From positions 1 through 26,095 of the IMG/VR virus record IMGVR_UViG_3300048575_000470: a stretch of DNA of 26,095 nucleotides; one strand, written 5' to 3'. The notes below the pieces were generated by a model that saw only the letters and a program-made list of their open reading frames with translations, had not been told where the DNA came from and did not search any database. This DNA is from a virus. Lineage: Duplodnaviria; Caudoviricetes. The position numbers and the translations under genes were made by a program. Position 1 is the stretch's first letter; each line of letters starts with the position of its first letter. Shown here in pieces: positions 1 to 9,027 of this stretch.

Positions 1-441
1 TCAGGCGGAAGGAGCGCTGACCGCTTCGACCATTTCGACCGTGGTCGCGCTCTCGATGCGCTCAGCCAGATCGTCCATTTCGATCGAGGCCGACATGAAG
101 TCAGCGTCTTTGAGCGCTCGCTTGAGCGTCTCGAAATGGGCGCTCTCCAGCACGACGAATTCGGCGCCGGGCGGCAGAGCGTCGAACACCCGCATAACTT
201 TGGCCCTGGCCCGGACCTCGTCCGTTCCAAACTGCTGGGCCTGCCGCGGGCGCTGCGACAAGAGATCGTAAAGCACGCCCGGAACATCGAGGGCCATAGC
301 CTCGACAATTCCAGCCTCTTCGAACGGGCTGACGGCAATCGCGCCCTTGTTCTTGTGGGCCTCATAATAGGCGGTCCGCGCATGCTCGACTGAGCGCCGG
401 CGCGGCTGGATAGGGGTGATGTCGATTTTGATGCCTTTCAC
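1..441 (-). CDS. Hypothetical phage protein downstream of tail fibre (possible fibre-associated protein)
   Basis: 146-aa ORF with a GTG start 2 nt after the upstream stop, preceded by AGGAGG. Same strand as the operon. Function suggested by position only. Confidence 0.65.
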   Translation of the reverse strand: MKGIKIDITPIQPRRRSVEHARTAYYEAHKNKGAIAVSPFEEAGIVEAMALDVPGVLYDLLSQRPRQAQQFGTDEVRARAKVMRVFDALPPGAEFVVLESAHFETLKRALKDADFMSASIEMDDLAERIESATTVEMVEAVSAPSA

Positions 442-443
442 GA

Positions 444-782
444 TCAGCCCTCCTGCCGAACGAGAGGCATCGGACGGGGCCGGTTCTGGTCCTTTTGAAA
501 GGCGATCTGCTGCGCCAGATCTTCCTTCATCTGGTTGACCCTCTCTCCCCCGATCGCGGCGTGCACCCAGCCCATCACGGTATCAAGCGTGAGTGTCTCG
601 AATGCCGCGAACGCATCGCGATCAGGACCGCCGAGGATCGTGCAGCCGATGCATCTGGCCGTAACACCGCTCTCGTCAGTACCGGCAAAATCCCAGTGCA
701 CTGTCTTAACGACATTCGTCAGTCCATCCTCGGACGGGACGACGATCGGGTCGCACTGAAGGCCCCATTTATAGGTAATCAT
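444..782 (-). CDS. Small tail-fibre-associated protein (possible fibre assembly chaperone)
   Basis: 112 aa, SD GAGGTG. The pattern TYKW..DGLTNVVKTVHW...GTD...F..LT.DTVMGWV resembles small proteins commonly found after phage fibre genes. Confidence 0.7.
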   Translation of the reverse strand: MITYKWGLQCDPIVVPSEDGLTNVVKTVHWDFAGTDESGVTARCIGCTILGGPDRDAFAAFETLTLDTVMGWVHAAIGGERVNQMKEDLAQQIAFQKDQNRPRPMPLVRQEG

Positions 783-816
783 GATTGCACCTCGTCTCCT
801 TGATTGAAGTTAGCCG

Positions 817-2898
817 CTATGCCGCGGCAAGCTGCGTCACGGTTCCGTTCGAACCGCGATATTTCAGAACGCCATTTTCGACGTAGAGTTGGCCACCTGC
901 GATATTTGATGTGGGCGGCGTGCCGCTCCCTATCGCGATAACGTACACGCCATTATTGCCGAATGACGAGGACCCAACACCGACGTTGCCGTTAAAAAAG
1001 CACGCTCGACCCGTGCTCAAAACTAGCGATGCTTCAGCCACCCCCATTGTACCGCCTGTACCAAGACACAGCGTACCTCCTGACGCGATAGACCAAATGT
1101 ACGCGGGTCCTGTAGTGCGCGTTAGCTGCACGGTACTTCCTTGGATTTGGCAGTGATTACTACCATCAAAAATATCAAGCTGAGCGCCGGGGCTGGTCGT
1201 ACCGATGCCAACATTGCCGCCAGCTGGGTTCAATAAAATTGAAACATCGTTCGCCTGCCCAGCACGAACACCAGCTACCGTGACTGTCTTTGCGGTCTGA
1301 TTTACCGTGATATACCCATAGATGCCGTTGTTGTTCGTGTTACCAACAGCGAAGACCGCCTGACTTTCATTAGTCGTGTAGCTCTGATTGCTGTAGACCG
1401 TGAGCAATTTCGTTGGAGCCGTCGTACCGATACCGACGTTGCCACCGTTCTGGAGCGTGAGACGGTCGCTCGTGGCATCCCAGAATCGCAGGTCATTGCT
1501 ATTGCTGGGCAAATATATCTGCCATTTGATAACGTTCGCCTTGGAGAATTCGAGGTACGCATTATTCGCAACGGGGCTATCGATACGCATTGCGGCATCG
1601 CCCGTGCCGTTAGCGAGCGTAAGCTGCCGCAAGGGACTAGTCGTCCCGATGCCGACGTTACCCGCGGTAGTAAGCGTGACGCTCCGCCCCGGCGTTCCCA
1701 ACGCAGACCCATCGGTCCCATTTGTTATATAGAAATTGCTGTCCCCAGCTTTCGACCCCAGAGAGCCCAAAAAGACGCTGTTTTGTAGTAGCGACACGCT
1801 GGCCGGGGCGTTCTGCGCGCTCTCGATCAAGATCGGTGATCCGTCGATCAAATTGGACGACGTACCGCTGCCAACGACCAGCAGGTTTGTATTCGTCGCG
1901 CCGAATATCTGCGCGCGCGCTTTAGGAGTGGCGGTGCCAATACCAATATTCCCGCCGCGATCAGCACATAAAACCGTGACCGACGGGCTCGTGTCATAGG
2001 CAGTGGAGCGCTTCAGAACAAAGTCGCCGTTTGCGGTATCGTCGGTACGGATAAGCCACGCCCTACCCCCCGAAACGGGGTTCGCCCTGAAAATGATACC
2101 GCCTGCATAAGACCCAGAGCCATAGCCAAGAGATAAGCTGTATCCCTGCGAAACAAATACTTGGCCGCTGACGTGCAGCAAAGAATTAGCGTCGACCGCG
2201 GTTGTTCCAATGCCAACCTTGCCGTCGGCGGCCCACACACCGCTGGGAAAATAAGTGTTGCCGCTGAACGTCTTGTTCGAAAGCACCTGGACACCAGAAG
2301 GCGTTACATAGCCGCTGGCCGCGAAGTAGCCAACTTCGCGCCAGTTTCCGGAGCCGTCCGAAACATAGAACCCGGTGTCGCCGGCCGCGGTCTGTCGGTT
2401 GGCGGCGCCCTTGAGGATCAGCGAAGCCGCGTTGTGCGTCAGGGTCAAGGCGCCCAAGAAGGTCACGACCCGAAACTTCGCCGGCTTGGTCCCAAACGAC
2501 GTGATCGCGTTTGTGCCCGTCACCGTCAGAACGTAGGTCGGCTGCGCGCCAATGTCGGTCGTTCCGTTTGCTGCCGATGCGATGGTCGTATCCGGGCTGT
2601 CGAACACAGAGCCCGTAGCGATCACATTCACCATCGTGCGGACCGCACCTTCAAGCTGCGCGGCAGGTGGCAAATAGGAGATGTGGTACGGCGAAGCGTT
2701 CAGGGCATCGAAGATCCAGCCAGGCGCTTCCAGGGTGGCAGTGCGTGCCACGGGATCGACAGCGACGATCGGCGCCATGCCCATGAACAGGTCATTGACG
2801 CGGATCGTGTCGAGAACAGCGGCACCGCCGAAAGTAACAACGGCTCCACCTTTGGCTACCGTCGCAGTGCCGACATTGTAACGAGTGATGGTCGCCAT
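817..2898 (-). CDS. Tail fibre / receptor-binding protein with GNVGIGT repeat modules
   Basis: 693 aa, rich in G/T/S/N. N-terminal GTATVAKGG..VTF.G anchor-like segment and six G(N/K)(V/I)G(I/V)G(T/S) motifs. Located after the tail-tip genes. Confidence 0.85.
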   Translation of the reverse strand: MATITRYNVGTATVAKGGAVVTFGGAAVLDTIRVNDLFMGMAPIVAVDPVARTATLEAPGWIFDALNASPYHISYLPPAAQLEGAVRTMVNVIATGSVFDSPDTTIASAANGTTDIGAQPTYVLTVTGTNAITSFGTKPAKFRVVTFLGALTLTHNAASLILKGAANRQTAAGDTGFYVSDGSGNWREVGYFAASGYVTPSGVQVLSNKTFSGNTYFPSGVWAADGKVGIGTTAVDANSLLHVSGQVFVSQGYSLSLGYGSGSYAGGIIFRANPVSGGRAWLIRTDDTANGDFVLKRSTAYDTSPSVTVLCADRGGNIGIGTATPKARAQIFGATNTNLLVVGSGTSSNLIDGSPILIESAQNAPASVSLLQNSVFLGSLGSKAGDSNFYITNGTDGSALGTPGRSVTLTTAGNVGIGTTSPLRQLTLANGTGDAAMRIDSPVANNAYLEFSKANVIKWQIYLPSNSNDLRFWDATSDRLTLQNGGNVGIGTTAPTKLLTVYSNQSYTTNESQAVFAVGNTNNNGIYGYITVNQTAKTVTVAGVRAGQANDVSILLNPAGGNVGIGTTSPGAQLDIFDGSNHCQIQGSTVQLTRTTGPAYIWSIASGGTLCLGTGGTMGVAEASLVLSTGRACFFNGNVGVGSSSFGNNGVYVIAIGSGTPPTSNIAGGQLYVENGVLKYRGSNGTVTQLAAA
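961..2223 (-). repeat. Six spaced GNVGIGTTxP-type protein motifs
   Basis: Motifs start near 2223 (GKVGIGTT), 1953 (GNIGIGTATP), 1662 (GNVGIGTTSP), 1443 (GNVGIGTTAP), 1218 (GNVGIGTTSP) and 990 (GNVGVGSS). Spacing is about 73-97 aa. Confidence 0.85.
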
Positions 2899-2933
2899 CA
2901 GCTATCGTCCTTGAGATGCTTCTATTAAGTGGG

Positions 2934-3224
2934 TTAGCCGCCAGCTTTCTTTTTGCTGGCCGGCTGTGGCTTGGCAGCGGTCCTCGCCTCAAGGGCCGCA
3001 ATTGCTGCGTCTTTCTCCTCGATCAAACTGAGCAGGCGAACCACCTCTTCGCGCCCCTGCTGGACCAAGCTCTGGAAATACTCGCGCTCGCCGGCGAATG
3101 TCGCGGCTTCGCTTTCAGACCGCGTCACTCGCTCCAGGAGCTTTTGGTACCGGCGCTCAGAGAGTTCGAGGCGCATCTCCACGGTCATGGCTCCGGCCAC
3201 AGCTGAATTTGTAGTCTCACTCAT
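2934..3224 (-). CDS. Small coiled-coil hypothetical phage protein
   Basis: The likely start is ATG at 3224 (SD GAGGTG), not GTG at 3233. 96 aa, heptad-like E/R/L-rich core and basic C-terminus. Fills the gap between the central fibre and side fibre genes. Confidence 0.7.
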   Translation of the reverse strand: MSETTNSAVAGAMTVEMRLELSERRYQKLLERVTRSESEAATFAGEREYFQSLVQQGREEVVRLLSLIEEKDAAIAALEARTAAKPQPASKKKAGG

Positions 3225-3234
3225 TGCAGTCACC

Positions 3235-6200
3235 TCATTTGGTGTTTTGAAGGATTTCTACAGAAACGGACTTGACGTGCATCGTGTCGCCGCTCGTATT
3301 GAACAGCCACGGCAGCACCTGCGTGTACCAACTGGACGGAATGCGGCAGCGCGCGATGATTGTCTGATAGATGGCGTTTGACCCGGTCGACACCGCGACC
3401 ATGCTCTCGTCCATGTACTGGTATTTTCCAATGATGGTGTTCTTCACCATGAAACCTGCGCGCATCGTGACCTGCGATGAAGTCTGCGGCTGATAGGTGC
3501 ACATGAACTGCATAACGATTGTGGCGGAGGCGCCGTTCACGTTGAATGGAATAGAGTTGCCGGTGCTGATCGCCGTGATGGTGTTGGCTGGGAGATCGAA
3601 CTTTGTCGCTGGCATATCGGGCACAGCGCTCGGCTGCTCCGCCAACCCAGGCCACCAATTCGTGAGCTGTCCAGACGTCCAGAAATTCAGGTTGGTTAGG
3701 CCGCCTGTCTGAATGCGATCGAGGATCAGCATCTTCGTGGCACCATCGAAGGCCGCGAAGGTAGTTCCGTCATCAGCAACGAATGATGTTCGGGAAGCAA
3801 CGATGTCGATGTAGGACAGGCCGTTCTTCACCTTCAAGAACAGACCTGCAGTTGCAGAGTTGCCGCCAGAGGTTCCTGATGCGGTGATTGCGACCTGGGA
3901 GTCGTAGCCTGTCGGCGCGGCCGTCGCAGCAAATCGGATATAGCCGCCGGCATAGATGTTACCGACCTTGGCGTCGATGCCATTGACGGTCGTGATCGAG
4001 GCATAGTTCGCGGCCGCCGATGCTTGCGTAAGGTAGTTCGCAGACGCGCTGGCCTGGGTCACATAGGTTGAAGAGGCATCGGCCTTCGTCAGGTAGTTTG
4101 CGCTCGCCGTCGACAACGACAGATAAGTCGAGGACGCGTCGGTGGTCTTAAGGTATGTGCTCGCCGCTGCGGTAGATGTCAGGTAGGTGCTACCCGCTGC
4201 CGATTGGCTCAAATAAGTTGAAGCCGCGTCGGCCTGCTTGAGATAGGTGTTCGCGGCAGAGGTCTGGTTCAGGTACGTCGACGACGCGTCCGAGATCTTC
4301 AGGTAATTTGCGGTGAGATCTGACTTCGTTTCGTAGTTTGCCGCAGCCGACGCCTGCGTGAGATAGGTGTTCCCAGCCGCGCTTTGAGACAGGTAGGTAG
4401 ATGAGGCGGACCCAATCGTCAGGTAGGTGGATGCCGCAGTTCCGGACGGCAGATAGGTCGCTGTCGCAGAGGCCTGCGTCAGGTACGTGTTCCCTGCCGC
4501 TGTTGTGGTCAGATAGGTCGAAGCAACGGTGGATAGGACAGCATTGTCAGCAGCGATGAACGCTGTGTCCCGAATATCATTCCAGGCGGCGTTCAATCCC
4601 CACTGATAGGGATGATTGGCGTCGTCGGTGTCGAACCACAGATCACCAACCGCCAGCGCGGCCGGCGCCGAGGTCTGGGCGAAGGTACGGTTCTTGGAGT
4701 TGGCGGCACTCGACACCAGCGAGACGGTCGATTGAGTCGCATAGTTGCTCGCCGCAGCCGTTGTGGTGAGGTACGTGGTCGAAGCCGCAGACGCCGTCAG
4801 ATAGGTGGACGACGCCTCTGATTTCGAAAGATACGTGCTGCTGGCCGACGACTGGGTGAGGTACGTGTTTCCAGCGGCCGTTTGAGACAAATATGTAGTC
4901 GCTGCGGCCGCGATCGTCAGGAACGTCGCCGCAGCATCGTTCCTGCTCTGATAGACGAGCTGCGCTGTCGATTGCGACAGATAGGTGTTCGCAGCGGCGG
5001 TTGACGATAGATAGGTCAACGCTGCCGCGGTGACCGACAAGTAGGTATCGCCCGCATCCACCTTGGTCAGCATCGTGTCGAGGCGCCGAGCCAAGGCAGA
5101 ATTTGGACCGGTAGCCATATCGATCTGCGACGCAATTTCCGCGAAAGCTGCCCCGGTCGCCGACGATATCGATGCTCGGACGGACTGAAGGTCAGTAGCG
5201 CTGCCGAGCAGGCCAACCGACGCCGCCAAAATAGCGGCTTGCATCTTGTCAATCAGTTCACGAGAGGAGGCCGCTGCCTCACTCGCAAACTGATTGGCGG
5301 CCTGCTGCGCGGAGGACGCTTCTTCCTTGGCTTGATCGGCGGTGTTTTTCGCCGCGATAATAGCGTCCTTTACGGACGGCGCGAGCTTGTCCTCGTCGAC
5401 ACCTTCATTCGGAACAGGGTCGTTTGCAAGCCTAGCGATAGTTTCATCATCGATCGCCCTGCGAACCGTCGGTGTAAAGTGACTAGTCGCGATCGGCTCG
5501 CTCAACGAGCGCGGTGTGACTTTCGGGTCCCATGGCGGTATAACCCCGCCATCAGCCAGCAACTCGGGAGCGTAGGGAATGCATGTGAGGTGGGCGGTTT
5601 GGTCCGCCTTAACGCCCACACCCACGAGCAACGCCTGAAGCGTTTCATTTCCGGCCACACCGAACACACAGTGATTGCCAACCACCGGTGCAGCTGCGGG
5701 CGCACGCGGGGTGACAAGCGTCAGCGTGTCGGTGGTACCTGCAACAGTTACAATTGACATAAGACCGATCGAGGAACCGCGCTGAGCCTTCAGCACATAG
5801 GATGTGCCTTCCTCCATCGGAACTTCTTCGTCGATCACAAAACCGGTGACATAGCCGTCGTCTTCACGCGTCAGCACTTGCTTGATACGCGTGCCGCGAA
5901 TTCCAACCAGCATGCGGGGATGCGCGACATCGACACGTGCGCCCCACGGCGCGACCAGCCCTTCGCGATCGCAATCCCAGTCGTAGGTTTCCGGCCGGTG
6001 CGTGCGCTGATGAATATAGCGCCAGCCATAAACAAAGGCTTCAGCCGCATCGGTCTTGGTGTCCGTATGGATTGCCTCGATCGCCGTGGCGTTGCTCGCA
6101 TCGTATCCGTCAGCATAGACGGTGCGAACCTCCTTTTGATAGCCGGATGCAGCGTCGTAGAAGCTCACATTTACGGCGTGCAGAGGCTCTGGGAATGTGA

Positions 6201-7782
6201 TCGCTCCCGAAAAATTCCGGACGTTTCGGCCAGAAAATACCTGCGCCGGTGCTGGGCGCTCATCATCGATCGCGACTGTCAGGAGGCCTTCCACCCACGG
6301 CGTGCCGAGCGCGTGCCCGGAAAGCGCCACTAGCGTCAAAACCTGCTCGACGCTCATCTCGCTTTCGATGATCGTGTCGCACTTCCATCCTTTGGCGGCA
6401 CAGGTTTCGGCAAACTTGCCGAAGTTCGCCACGTTGACGCGACCCTCCAGCGGACGCGCGTTCGCCGGGCCGCGTGCGACCCAATTCATCTGATCGCCGG
6501 GATTGCTTGAAGCATCGCGCCCAACAAACTCTTTGACCCCAACATCCCAGGTCGGGATCAGGGCTTCGGCAATGGCGTTCAGTTCGGCGACTTGGCCATT
6601 GAGCTGGTTGGTGGCGCGGATGCGCAGAGCTGTAAGAGCGAAGTTATCGCCCAAAACTGGACGGCCTTCGCCGAACGATCGCATACAGGTCCAAAACACT
6701 TGATCTTGCAGTCTCGGGGCCTTGTCGCCGGCATCCTCGGTCACGCGGAGAATGCGGACGTCATACTGGCCCTTCGCAACAGCCCAACTGACGTTGCGCC
6801 GGAAAGCCTGTGGCTTGGTCTCGCGATAGGTAACCACCCCGCCGACGCCAACGGGGGCGTCGAGCCACACGCCGCTGTCGATTGGACGATATTGAAAATG
6901 GATTTCAACCGTCGCGGGGTCCTTGCCGTTCCAGGCCAAAGACGTCCACGACAGATCGATGCTGATAAGCGTGGTATCCTTCTGGGTCTGCCGTTGCACC
7001 CAGCCATTGTCATGCACGAGCTCGAGCGACCCATAGGTGTCCTCGCGGACGACGCGATCGTACAGAGAGGGAAACGGATCTTCGGGAGTTAGCCGGTGCT
7101 GCACCTCAACATCTTTGAAGACGCTAAGAGGCGTTTCGCCGATGCGAAGATCGCTCAGCCGCACCGGCCCAACGCTCCACTGAACCAGCATGCGCAGATA
7201 GACGTCGTCGCCAACAGCCTCGGTCCAGGTCGATGCTGCCAACCGCGGCACGACGCGGCGCTTGCCCAGCAACACGGGGCAAACGCCGTCCGGATCGGCG
7301 GTGTTCGAGGAACCTGTTATGCCGTACGTCGCCGACGTGCTCGCCTTATTGCCGCCCAACACACGGGCGACCAATGATCCGGCGGCGCCAAGTGCCGACA
7401 GCTCGGTGAGGGCAACAAGCCCATAGATCGCCTGGGCTGCGGCGAGCGACGTGATGCCAAACGTAGAGCCGATCGCGGCGGTGACCACGCCCGGCGAAAG
7501 TGCCGCCACGATGGTCGTGATCGCCATCGCGATGGTTTCGAACTGCGGGGTCGGGTAGAGCAGAACATAGTCGCCCGGTTCCGGAACGACATGGTCGCGA
7601 TTGCAGGGCTGGATTTCAGATTGGTTGACGTAGGTCCGGACCCGGCCCATCTCGTCGGGGTCAATTAGGCCATCGCTGATCGCGCGATCAAGGATTTCGC
7701 CGAGCGTCAGCGGATCGGTGATTTGGATCGTCTTGCGACGACCACCGATAGGCGCGGCGATCTGGACGTCGAGGCCGCTCAT
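3235..7782 (-). CDS. Tail tip/central fibre (host specificity, gpJ-like) protein with N-terminal gpI-like domain
   Basis: 1515 aa directly after the NlpC/P60 gene. Motifs P...PVLLGKRRV.P, GQYDVRILRVT, ALRIRATNQLNG and SSNP are typical of TipJ-like proteins. Followed by a coiled-coil/repeat stalk and a C-terminal domain. Confidence 0.88.
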   Translation of the reverse strand: MSGLDVQIAAPIGGRRKTIQITDPLTLGEILDRAISDGLIDPDEMGRVRTYVNQSEIQPCNRDHVVPEPGDYVLLYPTPQFETIAMAITTIVAALSPGVVTAAIGSTFGITSLAAAQAIYGLVALTELSALGAAGSLVARVLGGNKASTSATYGITGSSNTADPDGVCPVLLGKRRVVPRLAASTWTEAVGDDVYLRMLVQWSVGPVRLSDLRIGETPLSVFKDVEVQHRLTPEDPFPSLYDRVVREDTYGSLELVHDNGWVQRQTQKDTTLISIDLSWTSLAWNGKDPATVEIHFQYRPIDSGVWLDAPVGVGGVVTYRETKPQAFRRNVSWAVAKGQYDVRILRVTEDAGDKAPRLQDQVFWTCMRSFGEGRPVLGDNFALTALRIRATNQLNGQVAELNAIAEALIPTWDVGVKEFVGRDASSNPGDQMNWVARGPANARPLEGRVNVANFGKFAETCAAKGWKCDTIIESEMSVEQVLTLVALSGHALGTPWVEGLLTVAIDDERPAPAQVFSGRNVRNFSGAITFPEPLHAVNVSFYDAASGYQKEVRTVYADGYDASNATAIEAIHTDTKTDAAEAFVYGWRYIHQRTHRPETYDWDCDREGLVAPWGARVDVAHPRMLVGIRGTRIKQVLTREDDGYVTGFVIDEEVPMEEGTSYVLKAQRGSSIGLMSIVTVAGTTDTLTLVTPRAPAAAPVVGNHCVFGVAGNETLQALLVGVGVKADQTAHLTCIPYAPELLADGGVIPPWDPKVTPRSLSEPIATSHFTPTVRRAIDDETIARLANDPVPNEGVDEDKLAPSVKDAIIAAKNTADQAKEEASSAQQAANQFASEAAASSRELIDKMQAAILAASVGLLGSATDLQSVRASISSATGAAFAEIASQIDMATGPNSALARRLDTMLTKVDAGDTYLSVTAAALTYLSSTAAANTYLSQSTAQLVYQSRNDAAATFLTIAAAATTYLSQTAAGNTYLTQSSASSTYLSKSEASSTYLTASAASTTYLTTTAAASNYATQSTVSLVSSAANSKNRTFAQTSAPAALAVGDLWFDTDDANHPYQWGLNAAWNDIRDTAFIAADNAVLSTVASTYLTTTAAGNTYLTQASATATYLPSGTAASTYLTIGSASSTYLSQSAAGNTYLTQASAAANYETKSDLTANYLKISDASSTYLNQTSAANTYLKQADAASTYLSQSAAGSTYLTSTAAASTYLKTTDASSTYLSLSTASANYLTKADASSTYVTQASASANYLTQASAAANYASITTVNGIDAKVGNIYAGGYIRFAATAAPTGYDSQVAITASGTSGGNSATAGLFLKVKNGLSYIDIVASRTSFVADDGTTFAAFDGATKMLILDRIQTGGLTNLNFWTSGQLTNWWPGLAEQPSAVPDMPATKFDLPANTITAISTGNSIPFNVNGASATIVMQFMCTYQPQTSSQVTMRAGFMVKNTIIGKYQYMDESMVAVSTGSNAIYQTIIARCRIPSSWYTQVLPWLFNTSGDTMHVKSVSVEILQNTK
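3979..4518 (-). repeat. Block 2 of 10-aa (30-bp) tandem repeat, 18 units
   Basis: Units TYLTTTAAGN ... NYASITTVNG in exact 10-residue register. DNA is degenerate at synonymous sites. Confidence 0.92.
4717..5046 (-). repeat. Block 1 of 10-aa (30-bp) tandem repeat, 11 units, consensus TYL(T/S)xxxAxx
   Basis: Units TYLSVTAAAL, TYLSSTAAAN, ... NYATQSTVSL counted from the translation. Confidence 0.92.
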
Positions 7783-8207
7783 AACCGCTCCCAGAAGCCA
7801 GCAATAAACGGCGCATAGACGAATGACCTGAACGACACGATCACAGTTCCGCCGATGGCGTTTTCCTGCACGTGCAACATTTCGTCGTCGTTCAGCACCA
7901 AGCCAACATGGTAGAGGCGTGGATCGTCGGTGCGACCGCGCTTATCAAAGCCAATCACGCAACCCTCGACCGGCGCCGAAAGCCGCCTCCATTCTCCAAC
8001 GAGAGCGGCCGTCACCATCTCCACGCTTGCCCGGTCGTAGCCTTTCAGTGTGGCATATGCCTCCTGATAATCCGGCCACGACTTTCCGAGTTCGTGCACG
8101 CCGATCCAATGCACCAAGCCCCAGCAATCCCAGCCGCTTGGGTTCGCGCCCCGCTCCTGAAACGGTACGCCGACGTATTTTGCGCATTGCTCTTTGAGTG
8201 TGCTCAT
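7779..8207 (-). CDS. NlpC/P60 family tail-tip protein (lambda gpK-like)
   Basis: Motifs YVGVPF..RG....WDCWGLV (catalytic Cys) and HVGL....MLH. Position in the tail-tip module. Confidence 0.9.
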   Translation of the reverse strand: MSTLKEQCAKYVGVPFQERGANPSGWDCWGLVHWIGVHELGKSWPDYQEAYATLKGYDRASVEMVTAALVGEWRRLSAPVEGCVIGFDKRGRTDDPRLYHVGLVLNDDEMLHVQENAIGGTVIVSFRSFVYAPFIAGFWERL

Positions 8208-8680
8208 CAGTAGACGAGCCCCGGGTGCGTTTTGCGCGTAAAGCGGTATTGCGAGAACGGCTCCCGGGTCAGGTCAGGCATGCCGAGAGTGACCTCGATC
8301 GCATCGTCGTAGCGCGCATCAATAAAGACTAGCCCAGGCCATTTGGTCTCAACGACATCCGGCGCAGATGCAAACACCAACTCCCATCTCGCCTCCGGCG
8401 GCTCACTCGTCCCGGCCGCTTGGCGTAATGTGGCGATTATTTCGCCGGAGATGTTTTCAATCCTGAGGCTGGCCGGTTGTAGGCCGTCAGCCGTTTGCTC
8501 AGGAGGAATAATCTCAAACGGACAGAACCGATAGGTGTGCCCACGGGAAACAAAGTCTTCTCCATTCAGCACCAGCCTGATCGGATCGGTAAGGGTCGCA
8601 TGGGTGATGGTCAACAGCACCAAGCGAGGATCGCTGCTAACATCCTTGTTGGCGTCGTTGATGAAATATTCGCTTACCAT
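8207..8680 (-). CDS. DUF1833-like tail-tip protein (gpL position)
   Basis: Pattern LLTITH..L..PIRLV......SRG..Y...PFEI.PP...LRIENI...EPF...RFT...PGL. Confidence 0.8.
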   Translation of the reverse strand: MVSEYFINDANKDVSSDPRLVLLTITHATLTDPIRLVLNGEDFVSRGHTYRFCPFEIIPPEQTADGLQPASLRIENISGEIIATLRQAAGTSEPPEARWELVFASAPDVVETKWPGLVFIDARYDDAIEVTLGMPDLTREPFSQYRFTRKTHPGLVY

Positions 8681-9027
8681 TTGTCGACTTCCAGCGGCAC
8701 GGTCACGTCAAACTTCGGAGCCCTCTCGACACCGCTCGGCGGCGCATCGGCGACGAAGCGGGCATTTACGGTTTCACCAGTGAAAGGCTGAACGAAATCG
8801 AACCACACACCGCCGCCGGCGCCTTCCTTTTTGAAAAAGGAGAAGATCTTCGACATCTCGGCGCCGGTGCATCGGTACACCAGCGATATGCGGTCGAATG
8901 ATGCCGTGGTTGTCTGGCTCTGCTTGGCAGGACCGACATCCACTTCGAAGCGCCGAGCGACAGGTGCGGGCGCGATCTGAAATCCACCCCAGCGTGGAAC
9001 AGGAAGGTCGGAAGGCCACGCCGGCAT
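8674..9027 (-). CDS. Distal tail protein (gpM/Dit position)
   Basis: 117 aa directly after the tape measure gene. WP..LP start, G.AKQ, and F..F......GG..WFDF..P......ARF pattern. Confidence 0.75.
   Translation of the reverse strand: MPAWPSDLPVPRWGGFQIAPAPVARRFEVDVGPAKQSQTTTASFDRISLVYRCTGAEMSKIFSFFKKEGAGGGVWFDFVQPFTGETVNARFVADAPPSGVERAPKFDVTVPLEVDKW

Noticed and set aside
809-2941. GTTAGCCGC (809-817, 2933-2941) and TCCTTGA on both sides of the side-fibre gene as recombination sites
   Set aside because: The matches are only 9 and 7 bp, overlap stop and SD signals, are in direct orientation with unequal spacing, and no invertase is present. Compatible with chance.
3979-5046. 30-bp periodicity as a possible CRISPR array or DGR repeat
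   Set aside because: The units are contiguous, in frame and degenerate at third codon positions. There are no spacers, cas genes, reverse transcriptase or adenine-specific TR/VR pair.
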